A DNA stretch of 63,782 nt, filler included, from Dimorphilus gyrociliatus (lineage: Eukaryota; Animalia; Annelida), in the NCBI GenBank assembly GCA_904063045.1. It is 3 parts of 3 records of this genome, joined end to end, with 100 filler letters (N's around TTAATTAATTAA, not from the genome) between each part and the next. Parts side by side here need not be neighbours in the genome. Positions count along the whole stretch, not along the records: positions 1 to 30,489 come from CAJFCJ010000076.1; positions 30,590 to 57,489 come from CAJFCJ010000153.1; 1 more part is not named here. One strand, written 5' to 3'. Made by a program: the position numbers and the translations under genes. Below are positions 24,375 through 34,705 of this stretch, one piece after another (the first letter of the stretch is position 1; each line of letters begins with the position of its first letter). The notes under the pieces are model-generated. The model was not told the origin of the DNA, did not search any database, and worked only from the letters and a program-made list of their open reading frames with translations.

Positions 24375-27300
24375 TTAAACCATTTCATTGTCATCATCAT
24401 TGGTTAACAGAGTTGTTATTGTTTTCATACGCTCTGAACTATTCTGCAAGTCATCCAAGGCTTTTTGCTGAGTATCTATTAAATTCGGTGTGTAATTAAA
24501 TGAGAATAATGTTTGAGAACAATCTTGTAAAGCCATTAAAACATTTTCAAATGATAAATCCAAAAAAGTAACTTCATCCAAATCTATCTTCTCTAATGAT
24601 GAGCATACTTTAATAAATTCACCAAAATGAAAACTATCCTCATCAGTAAGTGAGAGATAATACAAATGAATTTCTCTAATATGCTCAGCTGACTGCCTTA
24701 AACCATCAGTAATTACTTTTAAATGATAATAAGTTTTATTATACTCAGCTGGAATAGTAAGTTTAAAGTATTGAAGAAATTTACAATTGCCTAAGAATTT
24801 TCCAATTTCCATATAGTAATCATTGTATGAATTTCCACAATTTTCAAATGAAACTGATGATAGATTGTTACAAGATAATACCATTGCATCAGTTATAATT
24901 TGTAGGCCAGAATCAATTTTCTCAAGTTCCCTTAAGAAAACCTCTTTTACCATACCAATATTCTTGAGTAGTTTTGATAGTACTGAACAATCAGTATTAT
25001 TTAGTAAACCAGTAATGTCAACACTAACTAATGAATCTGATTTTAGGTGATCTGGAAATTTGTCCATAATTATTTTCAAATAGAAATGATTACCACCATA
25101 TTCTTCATGATTAAAAGGAATAAATTCAGTAGTGATTGCTGGCTTTGAAGATAGGAAGAAAAGTTGAATATTTTCATAGAATTTATAATGTATCTTCTTC
25201 TTCTTTAGTTTTGGTGGACAATTGTCAACTTTTAATTTCACTCTCTGTTTCTTAAAAGATATAGAGTAGAAATTTTCTTTCTTTTCAAATATCCATCCAA
25301 CAACATTAAGTTCAATAATTGATAATTCATCAGTAAAACTCATTTCTTGAACAAAATCACAAAGTAAAAAATATGTTGTTGATTTGAAAATACAAGAATT
25401 TAATACCAGTTTTTTAATAGACTTTGGAATAGATTTTAAAAGTTCAAAAAAGAATTTCTTTTTAAATTTTGGCTTTGAAATATATAGGTTTTTAAGTGAT
25501 TTAAGCTTAGAAATTGCTGTTAATGATGTCATGAATGATAAACCATCTTCAGTGAAATCTTCACTAAATTCAAAGTGAAGAGTTGTGATTAATTGACAAG
25601 ATTCTAGAACTTTTTCAAAACCTTTTATCATATCTCTAGCCAATGAATGAATAGTTAGAGTGAAATAGAAATCCTCGTTATTGTCACAAGAGCTATCATC
25701 ACTGTCTCCTTCTTGTTTTGTGATATCTGCTTCCCAGAATTTAGAACTTTTAATGCTTATATAATCAAATGATTCTTTCTTTGAATATAGTTCTATCATA
25801 TGGACAAGAACTGATGGAGATATATATCTTTCATTGTAAATTTCAATATCCTCAATTGAATCAGATATTTGCAAGGTTTTTGAGAAATATTCAGAATCTA
25901 TTAATGAACAATCTTCCAATTCAATTCCATCTGCCTTTAATTTTTTATTTTCAACTAAAAAGTGGAAAAATGCTGGATTTATTTCTCCATCAGAAATTTT
26001 GATATATCTATTTTCAACATCATCCAATTGGGACATCCAACTTGTATGATTCATTTTTTCAAAATTTTTATACACCTTTAGAATATCTACACCCAAATCA
26101 ACTGATTTGCTACTTATAAAATTCAGTACATTAAATAATTTCATTTCCGGATATTTCTCTAAAATATCACCTAATACGGAATCGAGTTGATTAATTTCTA
26201 ATTTCTCATAACTGTGTATAATGTAGATAGCAGCGAAATATTCTTGAAAGGAACGATGATAAAATTGAACTTGAACTTCTTCATTGGTTGAATTCCTATT
26301 TGGTATGAAATGTAATATATTTCCATAGACATTGTCTAAAATTTCTAATTCTTCACTATTCAGTTGTATGTTTTGAGTAGTGTCAGATAAAGTTGTTAAA
26401 CAATTAAAATAAAATTTTAATTTCAACTTTTCATCCAAGATATTGTGATCCTTGTTTCTAAAGGATTGCACTACTTTAATGATATTTTCATAAAGATGAA
26501 ACAGTTTCATATCAATTATTTCTCCTTTTTCCTTCCATAAAAAGAATATTATCATTGCTAAAAGAGGTACTCTACAAAATTCCATCAACATAGGATTTTT
26601 TTGTAAGTCTTTAAATTGAAATAGCTCTGTTCCTGTAAAGTCTTTGAAACATTTGTTGAAAAAATCAGTAAGATCAAATCCATTAAATCCAATTAATTCA
26701 AAAATAATATCACAAGAATTTTGAAAGTCATTTGCCTTCCAATTTCTTGACCACAAAACAGTTTGAACAGGGCAATTACCTTCATAAATAAATTGGTTAA
26801 AGGTAATATAATCTGAAAAGAAGAGTTCATCAATACCATCCAAGAGTAGTATTATTTCATTAGATTTTTCTCTTATCATAGATTCAACAATATCTTTGTT
26901 AATATAGTCTATTCCTTCAAAGTTCTGCCTGATAATTTCATCAAATATATCATTATTCCTTTCAACATTCTTTAAAACTACTTTAAGGAGGAGAAATTCT
27001 TTCTCAATGTCTTTCCATTTGTTATTTGCCCATGTATGAATAAGATTCTTTACATGAACACTTTTACCAATTCCAGGTTGACCTTTAACTAAAACTTTTG
27101 AATAGCCTTTTTCAAATATTAGAAAAAAATTTGAATAGATGATTTTCTGTTCTAAATCTGGATGTTTCTTTAAATTATCCTTTTTCATTTCAATAGAAAC
27201 AACAATTTCATCTAATTGAATAAATCTATTATTTGTGAATGTAAAGAGCGATAAACAAGCAGAATCTTTTCTTCTCAATTCTTTTACATTGTCAACAAAC

Positions 27301-27614
27301 ATTTTCCAATTTTTATATAAATTTGATATTTCATCAAAAATATTTAATTCTTCTTCTTTTTCCAATTGCTTCAAAATTTTACAAATTTCGGAATCAAAAT
27401 TTAATTTTAGAAATATATCCATTAAGTTATTTATAACCATTTCTCTGCTGTCATTTCTCTTAAAAATTTCACAAAATTCTTGTTCACTTTCACTAGAAAT
27501 TATTCTTCTATCCTTTAAAAATTTACATATTTTCTTAAATAGAAAAAAAGTTTTGAATATAGAAAATAATTTGTCTCTATTCATAGAAATTGATAATTTT
27601 TGCAGATAGTTCAT
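24375..27614 (-). CDS. NLR: death-fold (CARD-like) N-terminus, NACHT, degenerate LRRs; ~1079 aa, intronless
   Basis: Walker A GQPGIGKS, Walker B ILLLDGIDE, LIGF, CRVPLL and winged-helix QFYHRSFQEYFAA, then LRR-like C-terminus. First plausible ATG at 27614. Confidence 0.92.
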   Translation of the reverse strand: MNYLQKLSISMNRDKLFSIFKTFFLFKKICKFLKDRRIISSESEQEFCEIFKRNDSREMVINNLMDIFLKLNFDSEICKILKQLEKEEELNIFDEISNLYKNWKMFVDNVKELRRKDSACLSLFTFTNNRFIQLDEIVVSIEMKKDNLKKHPDLEQKIIYSNFFLIFEKGYSKVLVKGQPGIGKSVHVKNLIHTWANNKWKDIEKEFLLLKVVLKNVERNNDIFDEIIRQNFEGIDYINKDIVESMIREKSNEIILLLDGIDELFFSDYITFNQFIYEGNCPVQTVLWSRNWKANDFQNSCDIIFELIGFNGFDLTDFFNKCFKDFTGTELFQFKDLQKNPMLMEFCRVPLLAMIIFFLWKEKGEIIDMKLFHLYENIIKVVQSFRNKDHNILDEKLKLKFYFNCLTTLSDTTQNIQLNSEELEILDNVYGNILHFIPNRNSTNEEVQVQFYHRSFQEYFAAIYIIHSYEKLEINQLDSVLGDILEKYPEMKLFNVLNFISSKSVDLGVDILKVYKNFEKMNHTSWMSQLDDVENRYIKISDGEINPAFFHFLVENKKLKADGIELEDCSLIDSEYFSKTLQISDSIEDIEIYNERYISPSVLVHMIELYSKKESFDYISIKSSKFWEADITKQEGDSDDSSCDNNEDFYFTLTIHSLARDMIKGFEKVLESCQLITTLHFEFSEDFTEDGLSFMTSLTAISKLKSLKNLYISKPKFKKKFFFELLKSIPKSIKKLVLNSCIFKSTTYFLLCDFVQEMSFTDELSIIELNVVGWIFEKKENFYSISFKKQRVKLKVDNCPPKLKKKKIHYKFYENIQLFFLSSKPAITTEFIPFNHEEYGGNHFYLKIIMDKFPDHLKSDSLVSVDITGLLNNTDCSVLSKLLKNIGMVKEVFLRELEKIDSGLQIITDAMVLSCNNLSSVSFENCGNSYNDYYMEIGKFLGNCKFLQYFKLTIPAEYNKTYYHLKVITDGLRQSAEHIREIHLYYLSLTDEDSFHFGEFIKVCSSLEKIDLDEVTFLDLSFENVLMALQDCSQTLFSFNYTPNLIDTQQKALDDLQNSSERMKTITTLLTNDDDNEMV

Positions 27615-27823
27615 CTTCCCTATTAAATTTTTTGGACACTGTGCATATAACAATAGGAAACATATTTGAGCAGAAAAATTATATGTTTTTGTAGGCCTAC
27701 TCTAAATACTTTATAAGCATATTGAAAGATTTAAAGTGTATTTGAATAAACTAACAAAGAGGGGTTTTAAATTTTAATGTTTTATAATCAGAAACAAAGA
27801 TTTATTGCCAGTTCTCTTTTAAA

Positions 27824-30489
27824 TCATTCCATTAATTCACTGAAATATTTAGATTTTTTTTTTAAGATTTCTAAATTGTCAATTTGAGAATTAGTTAAAT
27901 AGAATGAACTATATTTGAATGATGCTAAATTCTCTGTACAATCTTCAATAGCAAACAATATACTATCTAAAGCTGAATCATAAAATTTGCTTTCCTCCAA
28001 GTTAATTTCTTTCAAAGATGTACATGTTTTAAATAATTCCCCAAGCAAATATCCATCTTGATCTGTTATGGAAAATTTCTGAAAAACAATTTCACTTAGT
28101 GTTATACATGATATTTGTAAGCCATCAATTATTTTTCTCAGGTCACTTTTGCATTTAAATTCACCAGGAGTTTCTTGATTTAAGGACATTTTAAAAGCAG
28201 ACAAGTTTGAGCAGTATTCTAAAAGAGTTCCAATCACATTACAATAATCAAAATTAGAATCTGGACAATGTTGGAATACAATTGTTGAAATTGAGTTACA
28301 GGATGGTTTAAGTCCTTCAAAGATTTTTTCAAAACCATTATTTTCCATCTCTCTACAATCTCCTAGCAGGATTCCTTTTACTAAATTATCATGACTGTTC
28401 AAGATTTTTGACAAATAAAAACAATCAAAACTATTTAATAAACCCAAAAACTTAACACTGATATATGATTTTGATAATTTTTCCCAATCAATTATCTCGT
28501 GATCTACAATTCTTTTCAAGTAAATATGATTGCCACTATAATTTTCCTGCTTCAATTCAATTTTAGGTATTTGACTAACACAAGGTTTTGGAAAGAGAAA
28601 AAAAATGTCAATATATTCATTAAAATTAGAATTTATTTTCCTCCTTTTCATATTTGGTGAAGAATTTTCAGTTTTGCAGACATCTTTTTCAAAGAGAATG
28701 GAATAAATCACATCTTTACAACTCCAGTCTGATCCAATTATACTAATACTAATTGTTGGACAACCATCAATCGATGAGTTTTTAGTCATAGAATCACAAA
28801 GTAATGAATATGTTCCCAATTTAAAGACAGATGTTTCAATAGAAAGTTTTTTAATGGATTTTGGTAAACTTTTAAATATTTCCAAAAATAATTTTTTTCC
28901 AAATTCTGGTTTTGAAAAATGAATATTGTCAAGATATTCAAGTTTTGGTATAGTCTTTAGAAATGAATTTAAAACTGTTCCATTTAAAACTTTTAAACAT
29001 TTGTTACTTATTTCAATATGTAAAGCTTTTAACATTTGGCATTGTTCCAATGATTTATCAAATGAATTTTGCATATCATCAATCATCTGATCAAGAATAA
29101 CAGTCAGGGAAAAAAATTTCTCTTCAACTCTTGAAATGATAATACGCCACTTGTCAAAGCAATCAAGTGAGAAAAAAGAAAGAATACCACCATTGGAAAA
29201 TGAGTTTAACATTTCTGGAAGAAAGATAGGAGGTATATAAAAATTGGAAGATATTTTTACATCTGTTATTGTCTGTGACATTTGTAGAGATTTTGAAAAT
29301 GACTCAAAGTTCAAAAAAGTACATGCTTTAAATTGCAGTTCTTGTGTAGATAGTTTTCCATTTTGAACTAAAAATTGAAATAGAGATGGATTGATTTCTT
29401 CATCATTCAAATGCAAAGATCTATTGTTACAGTCATCTAATCTGTCTGAAATCCATTCTGTTTTATTCATTTTTTCAAAATATTTGGATTGTGTTAAAAT
29501 TTCTACACCAAGCTCTACTGATTTTGCACTCAGAAAATTGAGAACATTGAATAGTTTCATTTGAGGATATTTCTCAAACATTAGACTTAAAACCTTATCA
29601 GCTTCTTCCATATTATTCATTTCGTATTTATCTATTAAATAATTAGCTGCAAAATATTCCTGAAGAGAAAGATGATAAAATTGAACTTCAACTTCATCAT
29701 CCACACTATTTTTCTTTATGATAAAATGCAATAAACCTCCATAAACTTTTTCCAAAATTTTAATCTCCTCTTCACTTAATTTCAAATTATTTGTATTTTC
29801 TGGTAAAAATTCAAGACAACCTTTAAAAAATTTATTTTTTAAACCTTCATCTAAAATATTTTCATTGATTTTCCTCTTTGATTGTAAAAGTTCAACAATA
29901 TTTTTGTATAATTTATATAAAGACATATTGTTTAGATCTCCCTTCTCTTTCCACAAGTGAAAAATGATCATAGCTAAAAATGGAACTCTGCAAAATTCTT
30001 GCAGTGTTGTATTTTTATCAATGACTGTTTCAAAGAAAATCTCGGCTTGGTTGCCATATTTAAAACATTTTCCAAAAAATTCGAGCAGATGTCCAAAATC
30101 GAATCCTTTTAAATGAAAGATAAGATCACAGTTGTGTTGAATTTGCCTAGCTTTCCAATTTCTAGACCATAAGACAGTTTGTACATCACAGTTTTGATCA
30201 TAAATAAAGGTTTTAAAACTATAAGAATCAATATTGAATTCATCAACACCATCTAAAAAGATGATTATTTCTTTAGACTTTTCCTTAATCATTGATTTAA
30301 CAAAATCTTTATTAATGTAATCTAATCCTTGAAAGTTTTGTTCAACTATTTCATCAAAAATGTCATTTCCTCTTTTTACATCTCTTAAAAGAATCTTTAA
30401 TACTAAAAAGTCATTAGGTATTTTCCATAGATTCCATGACCATGTATACATTAAATTTTTTACTTGAACACTTTTACCTATTCCTGGTT
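27824..30489 (-). CDS. Second NLR paralogue, 5' end cut by the assembly linker
   Basis: PGIGKSVQVKNL at the gap edge, IIFLDGVDE, CRVPFL and QFYHLSLQEYFAA. Collinear with 24375-27614. Confidence 0.92.
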
Positions 30490-30589
30490 NNNNNNNNNNN
30501 NNNNNNNNNNNNNNNNNNNNNNNNNNNNNNNNNTTAATTAATTAANNNNNNNNNNNNNNNNNNNNNNNNNNNNNNNNNNNNNNNNNNNN
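30490..30589. other. Artificial contig linker (N44-TTAATTAATTAA-N44)
   Basis: Six-frame stop cassette inside an N run, identical to 57490-57589. Confidence 0.97.
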
Positions 30590-30837
30590 AAATATTACAA
30601 AATAAGCATCTGGTAGCCAAGTTAATTAGTCAGGTAATTGTAGTTAATTAATAGGTAAAAGAAAAGTAACAACACAACACTCCCAAAAGAATGTTTTATT
30701 ATAAATAGATTTTTAATATTTGAATGCTTTGTACCTGAAAATTTTGACAAAGTATAAATAGGACAGAAAAATTACAAACTATAAATCATTTTGGTTTGTA
30801 AGTTTGATGATTGAAAGAAAGAAGGAAAAAGAATAAT

Positions 30838-31866
30838 ATGACTTTGTCAAATTTTACAAATAGTACAACAATAGATTTGGAAAGTAGAAATGAATTTCTT
30901 GCTAGTAGATTATTCTCCTATTTTGTTCTACCTTGCAGTATTGCAGTTGGAATTCCTTTGAATATTTTATCCATTTGGATCATTGTAAGAGGAAATTTAT
31001 GGAAGACAACAATCTTTCGCTATTTGGCAGCAGTTTCAGGTGGAGATTTAATTGCACTGATTGGTTATTCATTTAGGGGAATGGCTCTAATTAGAATTGA
31101 ATCTATTCCATTATCGCTCTACAAACTATTCTATTGTCAATTATTCGTGTATTTTTACATTTCGTTCAGTCAATTTTCATCATTAAATCTTGTTGCAGTC
31201 ACTGTAGACAGATATTTATGTATTACTTTTCCAACAAAGGCAAAGATATGGTCCTCGTTAAAAAATTGTAATAGAATAATTATAGGCCTATTTGTAGTGA
31301 CCTGTTTAACGACCTTATTTATACCATTCGTTCAAGATAATGTAGTTAGACTGTCCCCTTCGAGAATTGAATGTATACCAAACAACAAGGCTAGTATATA
31401 TTTATATAAGCATCATTTAACATTTACAACCTTTATGTATTCTTATATTCCTTCAGTTTCCCTTGCAATCTTAAATATTCTTATTGTAAAAAGTCTTAGA
31501 AAACATAGAAAAGATGTTGCTACTGTTACAAAAAATGAAGATAATGGTAAAATGAAAACTTTAACTAAGAGATTAACCATTTTGAATTTAACAATTTCAA
31601 CAAGCTTCATCATACTTACCTTTCCTTTATGTTGTTTTAGTATTTATGCTCGTGTCTTCTCACCAAAATACTACTCTAATTCAACTGCAAAAACAATTTA
31701 TGAAGCAACTTTTATACTCAATTTTACTAATCACATGATCAATTTCTTTATATATTGTTTGTGTGGACAAGCGTTCCGAGAGCAAACAATCCAATTGTTG
31801 TCATGCGCAAGACAATCTAAGCAGATTGTGTCCAGAAGGACAACCATTTCGACAGTGTCACTTTAA
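30838..31866 (+). CDS. Intronless class A GPCR, neuropeptide (FMRFamide-receptor-like) type
   Basis: N-terminal NFT/NST sequons, GIPLN (TM1), LAAVSGGDL (TM2), TVDRY (TM3), YIPS (TM5), ILTFP (TM6) and INFFIYCLCGQAFR (TM7/helix 8). Confidence 0.92.
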   Translation: MTLSNFTNSTTIDLESRNEFLASRLFSYFVLPCSIAVGIPLNILSIWIIVRGNLWKTTIFRYLAAVSGGDLIALIGYSFRGMALIRIESIPLSLYKLFYCQLFVYFYISFSQFSSLNLVAVTVDRYLCITFPTKAKIWSSLKNCNRIIIGLFVVTCLTTLFIPFVQDNVVRLSPSRIECIPNNKASIYLYKHHLTFTTFMYSYIPSVSLAILNILIVKSLRKHRKDVATVTKNEDNGKMKTLTKRLTILNLTISTSFIILTFPLCCFSIYARVFSPKYYSNSTAKTIYEATFILNFTNHMINFFIYCLCGQAFREQTIQLLSCARQSKQIVSRRTTISTVSL

Positions 31867-32290
31867 AACAATATCTTAGAAAGCAAAAATTGGTGTTTAG
31901 TAATACCCTAAAAAACTTGGGCGTAAAATTCTATTCTCTAGATCTATTACCCCCTTCCCCTATTGTAGAGATTGCACAATTAATTGTTTGTATGATGAAA
32001 TCTGTTAAAAGTTGTTGTTAAGTAAAGAAAATTAATATAAAATAAACAAGATAGTTGGATTAACCGAACTGCAACAAATTTTGAATTATTGTTACTATTC
32101 TCTAATTGAACTTCCGGGTAGAAGATGTATTGTTTCTTTCCAAAATCATCAACCAATCCGTTCATTTCTTTATAATCGTTTGGCGAAAATTTAAAATTAA
32201 TATCTGAATGCTTTTCCTTTAATGAATGTATTGATTTTTTGATGTGAAACACTTGGAAATGATTGTTTAATTGTCTAATAGACATCATCA

Positions 32291-32641
32291 TTGTCTCCTT
32301 TAGTACAAAGTGGATGTCACTAAAGATATTGATGAATTTCTGAGTCACTGGAACCAATCTTATAAGCTTCAATATCTACACTAGATGTTGAATTTATTAA
32401 TGATTTATTTATTGTAGCTCCAGCAGAATCAGTTACAGATAATCTAAAAGAAAAGATGTTTTACTATCAAATTCTTATTCTATTTTTATCATACTGGCAA
32501 ACTATATCTTTCTCATGAAGAAATGTTATTATTTTGGGTGATTTCTGCAAAAGTGCTCCATCATCACAGGTTATACTGTGAGTAAGTGGGAGAAATTCAT
32601 CAATATCTTTAGTGACATCCACTTTGTACTAAAGGAAACAA
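32291..32641. repeat. 50-bp near-perfect inverted repeat, 251-bp spacer
   Basis: 32291-32340 is the reverse complement of 32592-32641 with one mismatch. Confidence 0.9.
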
Positions 32642-33179
32642 GTGTTAGCCTATTGACACCAATATTAATAAGCGGTATGGCTAAAGAGGGGGATAGAATG
32701 TTCCAGAAGCAATATGAATGATTTAAAACAAAACAAACTGTCAATGTTAGAACCAATCAGCAATCAGTCTTTAATAATCCATTTTCCGCTTTTTTTTTGT
32801 TATATTTCTTTTAATTACTTTAACACTTCTGGTGATATTTAGTGCTAAAAAATTTGTTGCAGCCTGATATACTTCAGCGCCCTCTATTTTTGATCCAAAT
32901 GCAAATAATTCATTAATTAGTGATTATGTTGTCTGTTTAGAGCTCAAAAAGAAAATTGTAGGCTGGCGTGAATTTTTCAATATAAAAAACAATAGAAAAT
33001 ATGTTTTAAAAAATTGAATTTTATTTAAAAACTCAAAAAATTATGTTCAAAAATACATAAACATTTAACTATTAGAAACAAACTAAATTGTTATTATCAG
33101 GTTTTTTTTCAGCTATCTGAGAAAAAATTCTTTTTTGAAGAATTTTCGTAACAAAAATTCCAAATCTAAAAATATCATC

Positions 33180-34700
33180 TTTAGAACCTAAATCTGTTGA
33201 CATGATAAATTGTTTGCAATGAATATAATAGCTGTACTTTTCATTTGAATTGACCTATAAATTGTCAAAAACAACAGAAATTTTAAAATTTTAAATTTAG
33301 AATCTAAAATTTTAAAATTATAGTTAACTTTAAAATATAGAATGTTATCAAAATTTTCATTAGTCATCATTAAAGAGTTTAAATGTGCTTGTTCAATATA
33401 GTTAATTGTATATAATATACATTTAAAATATTCACAATTCTTAAAGAGCTTTTCACAAAAATAAAATTTGTGAATATCTGATGGAGAGTTAAAAAATGTA
33501 AATATTGTTTGCACATTATAATTGATAAGTTGTAAATCTGTTAAAAAGAAAGAAAATGAATATGTTTTGATATGTTTGAAAATTTGAAAAAGAAAAAAAA
33601 ACATAATAACATTGAGTTGCTATTTTGTCTGTTAATGATTTAACCATTTCCTCAGTTTTTTCTGTCTTCTTTAATGACAATTTTTTCTTATAACTTAAAA
33701 ATTGACTAAAACAAAAGAGATATGGATTTAGTAATTAATTTATAGAGATAACTGAAATTAGAAAAATAATATAAATATCATCTTATAAATTGCAAACCAA
33801 CATAAAATATTTGATATTGTTAATATGAAGAAATTTTTGGACAAGGTTTGTTTTTTTGATAATGTTGCTTTTGTAATTGTTATTGCAAGTTTTGCATATA
33901 AGAGGCTTATTACAACACTTACTATAAAGAATAGTATTCCATAAATAATAAAAGAAAGGATCCAACCTGTAGATTAAAGCATATTGTTGACTTTGCATAA
34001 TATTTCTAAAAATTTCAATTTTTTTAAAGATATATTTTGAAAAAAAAATGACTTTTTACTGTATAAAAAATTGTTAGGGCAAGCGATGAAAAACTTGTAA
34101 AAACAGTAATAAACAAAATTATGACTCTTGCATATTTTGCAGTATATGGTATTTGAAATGGATTCCTTATTGCTTCGTATTGTTCAATTGCCAAAAACAG
34201 AATTTAAAATATTGATAGTAATAATGAAAAAGATAACATTGTACCAAGTACTGTACAACCTTGGCTAAATCTCCATTTTTCTTCATTTTCTAGATAACTT
34301 GTACCAGAAAAATAAATATCCACAGCTGCAATTACTAAAATATATATTGCAGTTAATAAATTACCAATAATCAAGCCTATTCTAAATAATTTAGATTTGA
34401 TTTTTGAAATAGTAGCAATAAAGAATGAAAGCAAATTTCCAAAAACACCAACTACTCCAATTACCCAAAAAATTACCCTTAAAAATAGAGATGGTATTAT
34501 ATTTTCACTTGTCAAAAAATTGCTAGGAGATGGTTGACACTTTAATGATTTTCCAAAATATTTCCAACCTAAACAACGCATTTGAAAACTTTCACTTTCA
34601 ATAATTTGCAATTTCTTTGAATAAATTACAAAATATTTAACTAACAGTGTTGGAAATACTGTTCCCTTTAAAAAAAACATTTCAAGTGTTTTCAAATTTT
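33180..34700 (-). pseudogene. GRL101/LGR-like GPCR remnant (TM1-3 and TM5-6 exons) disrupted by a MULE
   Basis: KCQPSPSNFLTSENIIPSLFLRVIFWVIGVVGVFGNL..VDIYFSG..WRFSQGC, and GWILSFIIYGIL..NFFILTISNILCWF (33790-33975). Both parallel 40300-41200. Confidence 0.75.
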
Positions 34701-34705
34701 TCAAT

